Of a DNA stretch of 64,000 nt, positions 10,509 to 20,840 are shown piece by piece (the stretch's first letter is position 1; each line of letters opens with the position of its first letter). The notes below the pieces were generated by a model. It worked only from the letters and a program-made list of their open reading frames with translations. It was not told where the DNA came from and did not search any database. This DNA is from Proteobacteria bacterium UBA4457 (GTDB lineage Bacteria > Pseudomonadota > Gammaproteobacteria > Ga0077536), in assembly GCA_002390205.1 (NCBI GenBank), contig DGOV01000069.1:8836-72835 (forward strand), read 5' to 3'. The position numbers and the translations under genes are program-made.

Positions 10509-11505
10509 GCGCCTCTACGTTTTCAGGAGGAACTTCTGGAGTAATCCCATGCCCTAGGTTGAAAATATGCCCCGGACCAAAGCCAAACTTGTCAAGTATC
10601 TTCTTGGCCTCTTCAGCGACTATTTCTGGAGTAGTGAGCATAATTGCTGGATCAAGGTTTCCTTGTAATGCTACTTTGCTCCCAATACGCCTTTTAGCAA
10701 TAGAGATATCCGTTGTCCAGTCGAGTCCTACCGCCGTGCATTGAGTTTCTCCTATGGACTCTAGCCATAGGCCCCCTCCTTTTGTAAAGAGGATTGTAGG
10801 GATTTTATATTTAGTGAGTTTTTGAACAATAGTCCGCATATAGTGCAGAGAGAATATTTCATAAGCATCAGTCGATAGTATCCCTCCCCAGCTATCAAAT
10901 ATCATGATCGCATCAGCGCCAGCTGAAATTTGCGCTTCTAAATAAAGCGTCACTGATTCAGTGAGTTTGCTAAGAAGCAGGTGCATAGCTTGTTGGTTAC
11001 CGTATGCAAGTTTTTTTATTTTTGCGAAGTCCCGACTTCCCGCACCTTCCACCATATAAGCTGCGAGGGTCCAGGGGCTTCCCGCAAAGCCAATCAGTGG
11101 TATCTTGTCGTTTAGAGCTTTCTTAGAAAGCCTGATGGCCTCGATTACGTAGCCAAGATCTTTTTCGGGGTCTGGGATAGCTAAAGCTTTTATTTCGTTA
11201 AAGCTTTTTAGCGGCCGTGAAAAAACAGGGCCAATTTTTTCTTGGAGACTAAGGCCTAGCCCCATTGCGTCTGGGATGGTGAGAATGTCGGAAAAAATTA
11301 TTGCTGCATCAAGGTCGAATCTTTGCAACGGTTGCATCGTCACTTCACAGCAAAGCTCGGGATTCTTACACAAGGCAAGAAAGTCTCCTGCTTTTTTTCG
11401 GGTGGCTCTATATTCTGGAAGATAGCGGCCGGCTTGCCGCATGATCCATATAGGCGTCTTATCGACAGGTTGTCGATTTAAGGCACGTAGAAATCTATCT
11501 TTCAT
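10456..11505 (-). CDS. hemE: uroporphyrinogen decarboxylase
   Basis: It has the [15 protein letters not shown] signature and the full-length URO-D profile. Confidence 0.95.
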   Translation of the reverse strand: MKDRFLRALNRQPVDKTPIWIMRQAGRYLPEYRATRKKAGDFLALCKNPELCCEVTMQPLQRFDLDAAIIFSDILTIPDAMGLGLSLQEKIGPVFSRPLKSFNEIKALAIPDPEKDLGYVIEAIRLSKKALNDKIPLIGFAGSPWTLAAYMVEGAGSRDFAKIKKLAYGNQQAMHLLLSKLTESVTLYLEAQISAGADAIMIFDSWGGILSTDAYEIFSLHYMRTIVQKLTKYKIPTILFTKGGGLWLESIGETQCTAVGLDWTTDISIAKRRIGSKVALQGNLDPAIMLTTPEIVAEEAKKILDKFGFGPGHIFNLGHGITPEVPPENVEALVSTVHTYSQKFHGQES

Positions 11506-11538
11506 AGCGACTGAGGTCTTGAGTTCATAATCGCACTT

Positions 11539-12978
11539 TTAAACAGGAGCAGGAAGGGTTGAGGACCCCATGAGAAACTCATCTATAGATTTGGCCGCTG
11601 AGCGGCCTTCAGCAATAGCCCAAACGATTAGAGATTGCCCATGTTGCATATCACCGGCGACGAACACGTTATCTAGATTAGTTTTCCAGTTATTATCGCG
11701 CTCTACATTCCCTTGCGTGTTCAGCTGGATACCCAATGCCTCTACGACTCCATCTTTTTCGGGCCCGGTGAAACCCATTGCGAGTAATGCAAGATCGCAA
11801 GGTATTGTTGTGGCAGTTCCATCTACTTCTTCAAAACCGCCACCATCGTACTGTTTTTGACGCATCTCTATAAGTTCAATTTCACAGACTCTTCCCTGTT
11901 CATTCCCGATGAAGCGCTTGGTAGAAATCGCGTAAAGCCTTTCCCCACCTTCTTCATGTGCAGATGCTATACGATAGATCCTCGGCCATTCGGGCCAAGG
12001 GTTTTCGACCGCGCGCTCGTTTGGAGGCTGTGGCATGATTTCTAAACTCGTTACTGAGGCGGCTCCTTGTCTGTGGGCCGTCCCAATACAATCTGCCCCA
12101 GTATCACCACCACCAATAATGACTACGTGTTTACCCGCAGCACTTATAGAAGGCTCTTGAACACTTTTATCTTCACAGATTCTGTTTTGTAGTGGTAAGT
12201 ATTCCATCGCAAAATGTATTCCGGAAAGACTTCGGCCAACAACTGATAAGTCACGCGAAGTGGTAGAACCTCCCGCGAGCAAGACGACATCAAAATTTTC
12301 TTTCAACTCCTTGGCATCTATATTCGCTCCTACGTCAGCATTGGTGCGGAAGGTGACGCCTTCTGCTGTCATCTGCTCAAGTCGTCTATCGATGACAGCT
12401 TTTTCCATTTTGAATTCTGGGATGCCATATCTAAGCAATCCCCCAATCCTGTCATCTCGTTCAAAGACAGTCACGTCATGACCTACCCTACAAAGCTGCT
12501 GTGCTGCCGCAAGCCCCGAGGGACCAGATCCGATGACTGCAACACTTTTACCAGTTTTAATAGCTGAAGGTTCCGGCATGATCCAGTTTTCACTAAAAGC
12601 TCGGTCGATAATGCTGAGTTCTATTCCTTTTATCGTTACTGCATCATCATTGATTCCCAGAACACACGCGCCCTCGCACGGCGCTGGACACAAGGTGCCT
12701 GTAAATTCTGGGAAGTTATTAGTTTTGTGAAGCCTTCGGATAGCATCTTTCCATCTATTTTGGTACACAAGATCGTTCCATTCTGGAATCAAATTACCCA
12801 GTGGACATCCTTGATGACAAAAAGGGATCCCACAGTCCATGCATCGGCTCGCTTGCTTCGTGAGTGTTTTGGGGTCATAAGGCGTGATGACTTGCTTGTA
12901 ATCGCGCAAGCGTTCGTCTACCGGACGGTATTTTATAGTTTGTCGGTCATGTTCTAGAAAACCCGTCGCCTTAGCCAT
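11539..12978 (-). CDS. gltD: glutamate synthase (NADPH) small subunit
   Basis: It has N-terminal Fe-S cysteine clusters (CMDCGIPFC, CPLGN) and two Rossmann GxGxxG motifs (GSGPSGLAAA, GGGDTGAD). It lies immediately downstream of gltB. Confidence 0.95.
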   Translation of the reverse strand: MAKATGFLEHDRQTIKYRPVDERLRDYKQVITPYDPKTLTKQASRCMDCGIPFCHQGCPLGNLIPEWNDLVYQNRWKDAIRRLHKTNNFPEFTGTLCPAPCEGACVLGINDDAVTIKGIELSIIDRAFSENWIMPEPSAIKTGKSVAVIGSGPSGLAAAQQLCRVGHDVTVFERDDRIGGLLRYGIPEFKMEKAVIDRRLEQMTAEGVTFRTNADVGANIDAKELKENFDVVLLAGGSTTSRDLSVVGRSLSGIHFAMEYLPLQNRICEDKSVQEPSISAAGKHVVIIGGGDTGADCIGTAHRQGAASVTSLEIMPQPPNERAVENPWPEWPRIYRIASAHEEGGERLYAISTKRFIGNEQGRVCEIELIEMRQKQYDGGGFEEVDGTATTIPCDLALLAMGFTGPEKDGVVEALGIQLNTQGNVERDNNWKTNLDNVFVAGDMQHGQSLIVWAIAEGRSAAKSIDEFLMGSSTLPAPV

Positions 12979-15900
12979 TCATAGCCTCCATCATAGCGTC
13001 CTCTTCTGTCATACCTTTACTTTGAGCTGTCTTGATGACAGCAAGGACTTTTTTGTAGTCTTTAGGCATTACTTTTACAAATTTATTTTTGTTTTCCACC
13101 CAGCTCGAGAGGATTTCCTCAGCTAAAGTGCTTGCAGTCATTTGGTGATGGTTAGAAATTAGTGCTTCTAAGACTGGCTCGTCATTCCTGCTTACCTTTT
13201 CTAGAAACACCATCTCCTGATTACACTGCGAGGGGAATATACCTCGCGGGTCAAAAATATATGCAGTTCCACCTGACATTCCAGCTGCAAAATTTCGCCC
13301 TGTGGGACCAAGAATAACGACCGTTCCTCCAGTCATATATTCACAGCCATGGTCGCCTATTCCTTCAATTACTGCTTTGGCGCCACTATTCCGGACAGCA
13401 AAGCGTTCGCCTCCAATACCACTAAAATATGCTTCCCCTTCAGTTGCCCCGTATAAGGCGACGTTGCCAATAAGGATATTTTCTTCTGCGGCAAAGGATC
13501 TAACACGAGGAGGGTATACGACTATTTTTCCTCCAGATAAGCCTTTGCCTATATAGTCGTTACTGTCGCCCTCTAAGGTCATCGAAATACCTGCAGGGAG
13601 GAATGCTCCAAAGCTTTGTCCTGCAGACCCATTGAAATGTAGTCTGATCGTGTCATTCGGTAACCCTGCACTGCCGTATTTTTTTGTTATTTCGTACCCT
13701 AGGAGGGTTCCGACTGTTCGATTGATATTTCTTATTGCAAACGCTGCATTCACCAACTTCCCAGACTCAATGGCATCGGTGCAAGCAGGAATTATTTGAG
13801 TTCGGTCTAATGATTGGTCGAGCTTATGGTCTTGCGTGCTTGTTTGCCTTAAAGCGCCTTTATATTCTTCAGGTCTATATAGGATAGCTGACAGATCTAG
13901 ATCTTTCGCTTTCCAGTGGTCAGATGCTTCTATAGTATCGAGAAGATCTGACCTTCCGATTAGATCATCTAACTGAGAAATCCCTACGCTTGCCATATAT
14001 TCTCGCATTTCATTCGCGATATAGCGGAAAAAATTCTCCACAAACTCTGGTTTTCCATTGAACTTCTTTCGGAGTTCGGGATTTTGGGTAGCGATTCCTA
14101 CCGGGCAAGTGTTTAAGTGGCATACCCGCATCATTATACACCCCATGACAACAAGAGGAGCCGTTGCGAACCCGAATTCTTCGGCTCCAAGCATAGCGGC
14201 TACGATACAATCCCATCCTGTCTTGAGTTGACCATCTACCTGCACGACTATTCTATCTCTTAAGCCATTATTCAGGAGTGTTTGCTGGGTTTCTGCCAGT
14301 CCAAGCTCCCAAGGCACGCCTGTATGTTTTAACGAAGTGACTGGTGAGGCACCAGTTCCTCCGTCATAGCCTGAAATGAGAACTACATCTGCGAATGCCT
14401 TAGCTACACCTGCTGCTACAGTGCCGACTCCTGCTTCTGCTACGAGTTTCACATGCACGCGGGCTCTAGGATTGGCATTTTTGAGATCGTGAATTAGCTG
14501 TGCTAGATCTTCAATAGAATAGATGTCATGGTGAGGTGGTGGCGATATCAGTCCAACTCCCGGAGTCGAACGGCGAACTTTGGCGATCCACGGATATACT
14601 TTATGTCCAGGAAGTTGCCCTCCTTCACCAGGTTTTGCACCCTGCGCCATTTTGATTTGCAGGTCATCAGCATTTACTAGATAGTCGCTAGTAACGCCGA
14701 ATCGACCAGATGCGATTTGTTTAATAGCACTTCTTTTTGAATCTTTGCCTTTTTCAACAACAAATCTTTCAGGGTCTTCGCCACCTTCCCCAGTGTTAGA
14801 GCGTCCGCCGATTCTGTTGAGTCCGATGGCTAAGGTTTCATGCGATTCTTGGCTAATAGAGCCAAGGGACATCGCTCCAGAATTGAAGCGTTTCATTATC
14901 TTTTCTACTGATTCCACGGTTTCGATTGGAATAGGTGTGCAATGTTTTAGCTTGAGTAAACCTCTTATCGTTGCGCGTGACCTGCTTTGATTATCAATCG
15001 CGGCGGTATACTCTTTGAAGATAGAATATTGTCCAGACTGAGTAGCATGCTGAAGCTTGAATACTGTTTCTGGGTTAAAGAGATGGTGTTCTCCGTCACG
15101 ACGCCATTGGTATTCGCCTCCGGACTCTAAGGCAAGGTCTCCAGATTGTCTCTGTGGCCAAGCCTTTCCATGACGGATATTTACTTCTTTGGCAATTACT
15201 TCAAGTCCTACCCCACTAATTTTGCTAGATGTTCCTTTAAAATATTTATTTACAAAGTTGCAGCCTAACCCCACAGCTTCAAATATCTGAGCGCCTCGAT
15301 AGGATTGCACAGTAGAAATTCCCATTTTGGACATGATCTTGGTCATTCCGGTATCAATTGCACGGATATAATTCTTAATTAATAGAGTTTGATTTGAGCG
15401 GTTACCTTGATCGCTCAAAACCGAGCGGTCGAGTAGGCTAGCGATTGTATCGATTGCCATATACGGATTAACTGCATCAGCGCCATACCCAATTAGAGTT
15501 GCAAAGTGATGGACTTCGCGAGCGTCTCCCGATTCAACGATCAGACCTATCCGTGATCGCTTCCCATTTTTGACTAGGTGGTGGTGTAACGACGATATTG
15601 CCAACAGACACGGGATCCCAGATCTTTTACGATTTGTTCCTCTGTCCGAAAGGATAATAAAGTCAAATCCGTTATCTATAGCTTGGTCCGCTTCTAGGAA
15701 AATTTCTGTCAGTACAGCTTCAATCGCGCTCTCGTCCGAGTTCGATGAGTAGGTTATATTTAAAGTTTTTGAGGAGAAGCCGTGAGAGTTTATTTTTTGT
15801 ATTTGAGAAAACTCGTTATTGTTAAGGACAATCGAGTCTAAAAAGAGACGTCGACAGTTCACATCTTTGGTCTCCAGCATATTCTTTTCTGGTCCTATCA

Positions 15901-17560
15901 CTGTAGAAACCTGAGTAACTAATTTTTCCCTCATCCCGTCTAATGGGGGATTCGTAACCTGTGCAAATTTTTGTTTAAAGTAGTCGTAGAGTAGCCTCGG
16001 CTTGTCCGATAGTACGGCTAAGGGAGTATCGGTTCCCATAGAACCGATAGCCTCAGTTCCGCTTTCCACCATCGGTTGGATAAGAAGCTTTAGCTCTTCT
16101 TCGGTATAACCAAAGGCAATCTGTTTTTCGAATAATTCCGCCTCGTTTAGAGCAGGGGCAGAACTCACTTTAGGAAGATTTTCAAGACTAAGTTTATTTG
16201 CTTTTAGCCAGTCACCATAAGGGTGTTCATTGATATAAGTGTCTTTTAGCTCGGTATCTTCAATAATACGTCCAAGTTCTGTGTCGACTAGAAAGATCCT
16301 TCCTGGCTGTAGACGACCTTTGACTTTGATCTTTTCGGGGGGGAGTTCGAGCACGCCAACTTCTGAGGCCATGACTACTAAATCGTCTGTAGTCACGTAA
16401 TAACGTGAGGGCCTCAAGCCATTCCTATCTAGAATCGCACCGATCGATCGTCCATCCGTAAATGCGATTGATGCCGGTCCATCCCAAGGCTCCATGAGAC
16501 AAGAATGATATTCGTAGAATGCTTTGCGGGCGGGGTCCATTGTTTCATGTCCACTCCAAGCTTCAGGCACCATCATTAGCACTGCGAGAGGCAGTGGTCT
16601 TCCCGCCATATGCAGAAACTCTAACACTTGGTCGAAAGAGGCCGTATCTGAATTACCTTCCAGAACTATTGGAAATAATTTTTCTAAGTCACCGCCTAAC
16701 GCTTCGCTCTTGCATAAAGCTTGTCTTGCTTTCATCCAGTTACTATTGCCGCTCACTGTGTTTATTTCTCCGTTGTGAGCGATAAATCTAAAGGGCTGTG
16801 CCAGTGTCCATGAGGGGAATGTATTTGTTGAAAATCTTTGGTGTACTAGAGCCAGAGCTGATTCGACTCTTTCATCATGTAAATCAGGGAAAATAATTTC
16901 TAGTTGATTCGCAAGCAGCATACCTTTGTAAACAAGTGTCATAGAAGACAGGCTGGGGATATAGAAAAGGCTTTTTTCTTTTAGCTGACTGGCCCAGATT
17001 AGATGCTCTATCCTTTTACGAATAACGTAAAGTTTTCTTTCAAACTCGGCCCCAACTTTTGTGTCAGTACCCTTGCCTAAAAATATTTGACTGAAGTACG
17101 GTTGTGCTTTTCTAGCGCTGGGTCCTATCACTTCGGGCCCAAGAGGTATCTCTCGCCATCCTAGAACAAACTGTCCTTCCTCTTTGGCAATTTGGGATAA
17201 TTTACTTATGCAGTCTTCTCTGTCGCTCGAATTATTTGGTAAGAATATATTACCAGCAGCGTACTCGCCTATAGTGGGCAAATTGATCCCTAGTTTCCTA
17301 CACTCAGCCCTTAAAAATTTATCAGGAATTTGCAGCAGGATACCGGCGCCATCCCCCGTATTTTCTTCGGCTCCGGTAGCACCGCGATGCCATAGATTTT
17401 TTAAAATTGAAAGTCCTTGGGTGATGGTGGCGTGAGATTTTCTCCCCTTCAGATCCGCAACAAACCCCAGCCCACATGAATCGTGCTCATTAGTTTCGTC
17501 ATATAAGCCACCCTCTGGTCTGCCAATATTTGGAAATTTTACTTCGGTAACGTCATCCAT
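12971..17560 (-). CDS. gltB: glutamate synthase (NADPH) large subunit
   Basis: 1529 aa. The Ntn-amidotransferase Cys sits in the CGLGFVA context, followed by the FMN/3Fe-4S central domain and the C-terminal GXGXG beta-helix domain. Confidence 0.97.
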   Translation of the reverse strand: MDDVTEVKFPNIGRPEGGLYDETNEHDSCGLGFVADLKGRKSHATITQGLSILKNLWHRGATGAEENTGDGAGILLQIPDKFLRAECRKLGINLPTIGEYAAGNIFLPNNSSDREDCISKLSQIAKEEGQFVLGWREIPLGPEVIGPSARKAQPYFSQIFLGKGTDTKVGAEFERKLYVIRKRIEHLIWASQLKEKSLFYIPSLSSMTLVYKGMLLANQLEIIFPDLHDERVESALALVHQRFSTNTFPSWTLAQPFRFIAHNGEINTVSGNSNWMKARQALCKSEALGGDLEKLFPIVLEGNSDTASFDQVLEFLHMAGRPLPLAVLMMVPEAWSGHETMDPARKAFYEYHSCLMEPWDGPASIAFTDGRSIGAILDRNGLRPSRYYVTTDDLVVMASEVGVLELPPEKIKVKGRLQPGRIFLVDTELGRIIEDTELKDTYINEHPYGDWLKANKLSLENLPKVSSAPALNEAELFEKQIAFGYTEEELKLLIQPMVESGTEAIGSMGTDTPLAVLSDKPRLLYDYFKQKFAQVTNPPLDGMREKLVTQVSTVIGPEKNMLETKDVNCRRLFLDSIVLNNNEFSQIQKINSHGFSSKTLNITYSSNSDESAIEAVLTEIFLEADQAIDNGFDFIILSDRGTNRKRSGIPCLLAISSLHHHLVKNGKRSRIGLIVESGDAREVHHFATLIGYGADAVNPYMAIDTIASLLDRSVLSDQGNRSNQTLLIKNYIRAIDTGMTKIMSKMGISTVQSYRGAQIFEAVGLGCNFVNKYFKGTSSKISGVGLEVIAKEVNIRHGKAWPQRQSGDLALESGGEYQWRRDGEHHLFNPETVFKLQHATQSGQYSIFKEYTAAIDNQSRSRATIRGLLKLKHCTPIPIETVESVEKIMKRFNSGAMSLGSISQESHETLAIGLNRIGGRSNTGEGGEDPERFVVEKGKDSKRSAIKQIASGRFGVTSDYLVNADDLQIKMAQGAKPGEGGQLPGHKVYPWIAKVRRSTPGVGLISPPPHHDIYSIEDLAQLIHDLKNANPRARVHVKLVAEAGVGTVAAGVAKAFADVVLISGYDGGTGASPVTSLKHTGVPWELGLAETQQTLLNNGLRDRIVVQVDGQLKTGWDCIVAAMLGAEEFGFATAPLVVMGCIMMRVCHLNTCPVGIATQNPELRKKFNGKPEFVENFFRYIANEMREYMASVGISQLDDLIGRSDLLDTIEASDHWKAKDLDLSAILYRPEEYKGALRQTSTQDHKLDQSLDRTQIIPACTDAIESGKLVNAAFAIRNINRTVGTLLGYEITKKYGSAGLPNDTIRLHFNGSAGQSFGAFLPAGISMTLEGDSNDYIGKGLSGGKIVVYPPRVRSFAAEENILIGNVALYGATEGEAYFSGIGGERFAVRNSGAKAVIEGIGDHGCEYMTGGTVVILGPTGRNFAAGMSGGTAYIFDPRGIFPSQCNQEMVFLEKVSRNDEPVLEALISNHHQMTASTLAEEILSSWVENKNKFVKVMPKDYKKVLAVIKTAQSKGMTEEDAMMEAMNG

Positions 17561-17650
17561 ACTCTAGTAGTTTCTCCACGTGTCCATGCCCTTCGTGATA
17601 GGACAGATTTTTTACTGACTAACTTGTCAGCCGGTTATTGATTAATTCTT

Positions 17651-17670
17651 GGTTGGCGAATTTGCCAACC
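17651..17670. promoter_or_regulatory. inverted repeat GGTTGGC-N6-GCCAACC, 91-110 nt upstream of the gltB ATG; candidate operator
   Basis: It has 7-bp perfect arms with two further A:T pairs in the centre. It lies in the 407-bp ORF-free spacer in front of gltB. No binding protein is assigned. Confidence 0.2.
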
Positions 17671-17967
17671 TAGATAAAATTTGAATCTCACAAAAACGAG
17701 CGCAGGCTTGGGAAGGTGCTATCACACTCAACTCTTATTTTATAAGATTTAGCATGTTGTGTCATCCTGATGAGGTAGGATTCGACGTTATTATAGAGGT
17801 AGAGCCTTAGTTCAACTTATCTAGGCGATAATCTTGCGTCACGAGCCCCGCACTATAATTTCTAATTATTATAGACATTCGAAGCTTATAGAAGAATTTG
17901 GTGAATATTGATTGCATTTAGGGGATAAATAATTTTTGTTTGTGGCTTACCCGTCTAGCTCGAGAAA

Positions 17968-19050
17968 TCAATAATCATGTTTTCCTATCGTCTCTAGCAG
18001 GATTTCTTCTAAATAATCATTGGTCAAGAAGGCATTCCCAAAACTTTTCAGTAATACAAGACGAATACTACCATCTATATTTTTTTTGTCTTTGGACATA
18101 AGGGCTACAAATTGCTCAGGTGTGATTTGTTGCGGAGCTTCAGTAGGCAGAGAAAAATGGGTTAAGAGCAGTTTGATTCGCTCTATCTGCTCTTTACGCA
18201 GAAAGCCTAGCTTCCAGGACATAAAAAGAGCCATCATCATTCCCGCTGCTACTGCTTCGCCATGTAGCCATTTCCCATAGCCCAATGCAGTTTCTATTGC
18301 ATGACCGAAAGTATGGCCAAAATTGAGGGTGGCTCTTATTCCTCGTTCTCGTTCGTCAGCTGAAACAATTGTTGCTTTGTTTTCACAGGAACGCTGGATT
18401 AAATAATTCAGCGTATCACTACTTTTGGCTAATATATCGGGAATATTTGCTTCAATCCAATCAAGGAAGTCTGCGTCGTTGATCAAGCCATATTTAATGA
18501 CCTCAGCCATGCCAGAGTTAAATTCACGATTCGGCAGTGTTTTTAATGTCGAGGTATCAATAAATACAGCTTGAGGTTGGTAAAAGGCACCCACCATGTT
18601 TTTTCCTAGAGGAAGATTAATTGCGGTTTTTCCACCAACGGATGAATCAACTTGAGCGAGTAGTGTTGTCGGCATCTGAACGTAGCTTATCCCTCTTTGA
18701 TAGCTCGCTGCAGCGAACCCCGCCAGATCGCCGACAACCCCGCCACCAAGAGCAATTAAGGTTGCATTTCGATTGATATTGTTTTCGAGCATAAAACTGA
18801 GTAACCGCTCAAGTTCTACAAAATTTTTTGATTCTTCACCGGCAGAAAGGATGAAAGTGTGACATTCATCTTTATAAAAGCGTTTTTTGACAGCGTTTAA
18901 GTGGAAATTGGCCACATTCGAATCAGTAACAATAACTACTTGATTGCCATGTATAGTGCTTAAAATTAATTTCGAGTCAGAGAGAATCCCGTCGCCAATG
19001 TAGATAGGGTAACTGCGACTTTCTAGAGAGACATTAATCTTGGTTAGCAT
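17968..19050 (-). CDS. aroB: 3-dehydroquinate synthase
   Basis: It has the GGGVVGDLAGFAA nucleotide-binding motif and metal-ligand histidines in the FGHTFGHAIE context. It overlaps the aroK 3' end, the usual aroK-aroB operon arrangement. Confidence 0.95.
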   Translation of the reverse strand: MLTKINVSLESRSYPIYIGDGILSDSKLILSTIHGNQVVIVTDSNVANFHLNAVKKRFYKDECHTFILSAGEESKNFVELERLLSFMLENNINRNATLIALGGGVVGDLAGFAAASYQRGISYVQMPTTLLAQVDSSVGGKTAINLPLGKNMVGAFYQPQAVFIDTSTLKTLPNREFNSGMAEVIKYGLINDADFLDWIEANIPDILAKSSDTLNYLIQRSCENKATIVSADERERGIRATLNFGHTFGHAIETALGYGKWLHGEAVAAGMMMALFMSWKLGFLRKEQIERIKLLLTHFSLPTEAPQQITPEQFVALMSKDKKNIDGSIRLVLLKSFGNAFLTNDYLEEILLETIGKHDY

Positions 19051-19558
19051 GAATTTTTTTACTAATAGTTTGAATAATTTGATGAATGGGTAAGGTATCA
19101 GTGGATATTACATGATTTGCGATCTCACGATACAAGGAATCTCTTGCGAGCACAATTTCTGAGAGTTTTTTACGCGGATCCTCAACTTGTAGCAACGGTC
19201 TTGATTTATCAGTTTTCAATCTATCCAAAAGAGTATCGATCTGACTTGTCAGATAGAGTACAAGACCCCTTTCAGATAGGGCGCTTCGATTTTTTTTGCT
19301 AAGAATACACCCCCCTCCAGTAGCTACAACGATTTTATCGCTCCTTGAGATTTCTTCGATAACATTTTCTTCTCTCTTTCTAAAACCACTTTCTCCTTCT
19401 ATCTCAAATATCATGTCGATTTTGACACCAGTCTTCTTCTCGATTACTGCATCCGTATCAATGAATTCATAGCTCAGCAACTGGGATAGCCTATGTCCTA
19501 TAGTTGTTTTTCCGACCCCCATAGGGCCTATGAGAAAAATCCTGTTTAAGACCGACAA
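19034..19558 (-). CDS. aroK: shikimate kinase
   Basis: It has the P-loop GPMGVGKTT and the shikimate-binding GGG context VATGGG. Size is 174 aa. Confidence 0.9.
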   Translation of the reverse strand: MSVLNRIFLIGPMGVGKTTIGHRLSQLLSYEFIDTDAVIEKKTGVKIDMIFEIEGESGFRKREENVIEEISRSDKIVVATGGGCILSKKNRSALSERGLVLYLTSQIDTLLDRLKTDKSRPLLQVEDPRKKLSEIVLARDSLYREIANHVISTDTLPIHQIIQTISKKIHANQD

Positions 19559-19790
19559 TCGAATCCTCTCCTCTATAGACTTGGTTCAAGACATAATAAC
19601 AATTTGCTATTAGTAAACATTAAGTCTACCTATGTATGTGATTTATTACAGTTCTGCAAGAGTATGGCTTCTATCTGGTGGAATTGCAGAGACTTTGATA
19701 AGAGGTAACTTTATTAAGTTGCCATAAATATAAAGTTTTTATTTATTACTCCGGGTCGAACTAGCATTATAAATAGTAAAAGGTACTCAG

Positions 19791-20051
19791 ATGAATTTTG
19801 TCGAAAAAGAAAGGAAAGCGCTGTTAGAAGTTAAAGGGCTAGGACCAGTCGTTATTCGGCGATTCGAAGAAATTGGAACATATTCTTTGCAAGAGCTGAG
19901 TGAATACGAAGCTGACGATATTGCTGAAATAGTAGCTGATATGCTGGGAACCAGCTGTTGGAAAAACAGTCCTCAATCGAAAAAAGCTATTAATGCTTCA
20001 ATTCAAGTAGCAAAAAAAAGCAATATGAAAGGCGCGGACAGTTCTCAATGA
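19791..20051 (+). CDS. small helix-hairpin-helix-like protein, function unknown
   Basis: 86 aa. LLEVKGLGPVVIRRFEEIG looks like a HhH (h-G-h-G) motif. The stop TGA overlaps the ATG of the next ORF (ATGA at 20048-20051). Confidence 0.45.
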   Translation: MNFVEKERKALLEVKGLGPVVIRRFEEIGTYSLQELSEYEADDIAEIVADMLGTSCWKNSPQSKKAINASIQVAKKSNMKGADSSQ

Positions 20052-20485
20052 ACTCAGAATGGATCTGGCCTATTTCACCCAATCTCTTAGGACTAATCAT
20101 AGGGATAATATTTATCTTCCCAACGATTTACTTTATTCGTGCCAAAAATTGGGATTCGGTCGCATGGCCACTCTTTCTAGTAACACTCCCTGTGTACTAT
20201 ATGCTTTTCGGAGTTCTTGTGATGGATGGTTCCGCGGTTCTTTAGGAACTTTTGTATGGTTTACCATTCATAGTTACAGGTCTCCTAGTTTGGCGAATGC
20301 GATCCAAGAATGCACTTATTATTGTAGCTCTAGCATGGATAAGTCACGATTTTTACCACGACCATTTCTTTCAGAATCCAGGAGTATTCAGTTGGTATCC
20401 CGCGTTTTGTGCGATAGTTGATATTACAGTGGGAGTATATTTACTAATTTATTATAGGCGCGTTATCCCAACTATAAATGTATAA
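20048..20485 (+). pseudogene. about 145-aa four-TM membrane protein interrupted by an in-frame TAG (20243-20245); pseudogene, split gene or read-through candidate
   Basis: ORFs 20048-20245 and 20252-20485 are in the same frame (offset 204 nt). Only TAG plus two codons separate them. Each half carries two hydrophobic helices. Confidence 0.45.
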
Positions 20486-20840
20486 AAAACTAATTAAAAC
20501 ATTTACTTAAAAAATTAATATGAATGTAGAATATTTTTTATTTTCTTATAGGTAAAGAATGACCATAAGATTGCCCTCACTTATACTTAATCACCGAGAT
20601 CAATCAACATCGATTTGCATCTCTTCTTGGAAGGTCTTAAGGATCTCCCCGGTCCGTGCATAAAATTCGCTGGAACTAATGATCTTACAGTTCTTTGCAA
20701 GCGACTTTAGTTCACCGATACTATTCGTGTTCGGTAGTTAAATACGATGGTCTGAGTGTGTGTTCTGGCGATAAATTTTGGAGAAAGATAATCGAATTTG
20801 GTGTATTAGTTTTCGTATATGTTGAGCATCTTCAAGAAGC

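Noticed and set aside
12971-17560. Multiple 60-90-aa antisense or alternate-frame ORFs inside gltB (for example 13302-13556, 14745-14990, 16519-16785, 17184-17435), and similar ones inside other large genes
   Set aside because: All are embedded in genes with full-length family signatures. Their sizes are consistent with chance in long coding regions.
17651-17670. Reading the gltB-upstream palindrome as a sigma-54 promoter (TGGC...TTGC)
   Set aside because: The GG-to-GC spacing is 9 nt instead of the canonical 12, so it does not fit the -24/-12 geometry.
20059-20421. 120-aa alternative-frame ORF overlapping the split membrane gene
   Set aside because: The other frame gives four clean hydrophobic helices and an ATGA coupling to the upstream gene. 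This frame is Ser/Arg/Cys-rich with no domain signature.
20603-20737. 45-codon stop-free stretch on the minus strand (…SIGELKSLAKNCKIISSSEFYARTGEILKTFQEEMQIDVD*), considered as a gene relic
   Set aside because: It has no start codon except near its end. A 45-codon open stretch is expected by chance in one of six frames of a 355-bp spacer, and I recognised no family.
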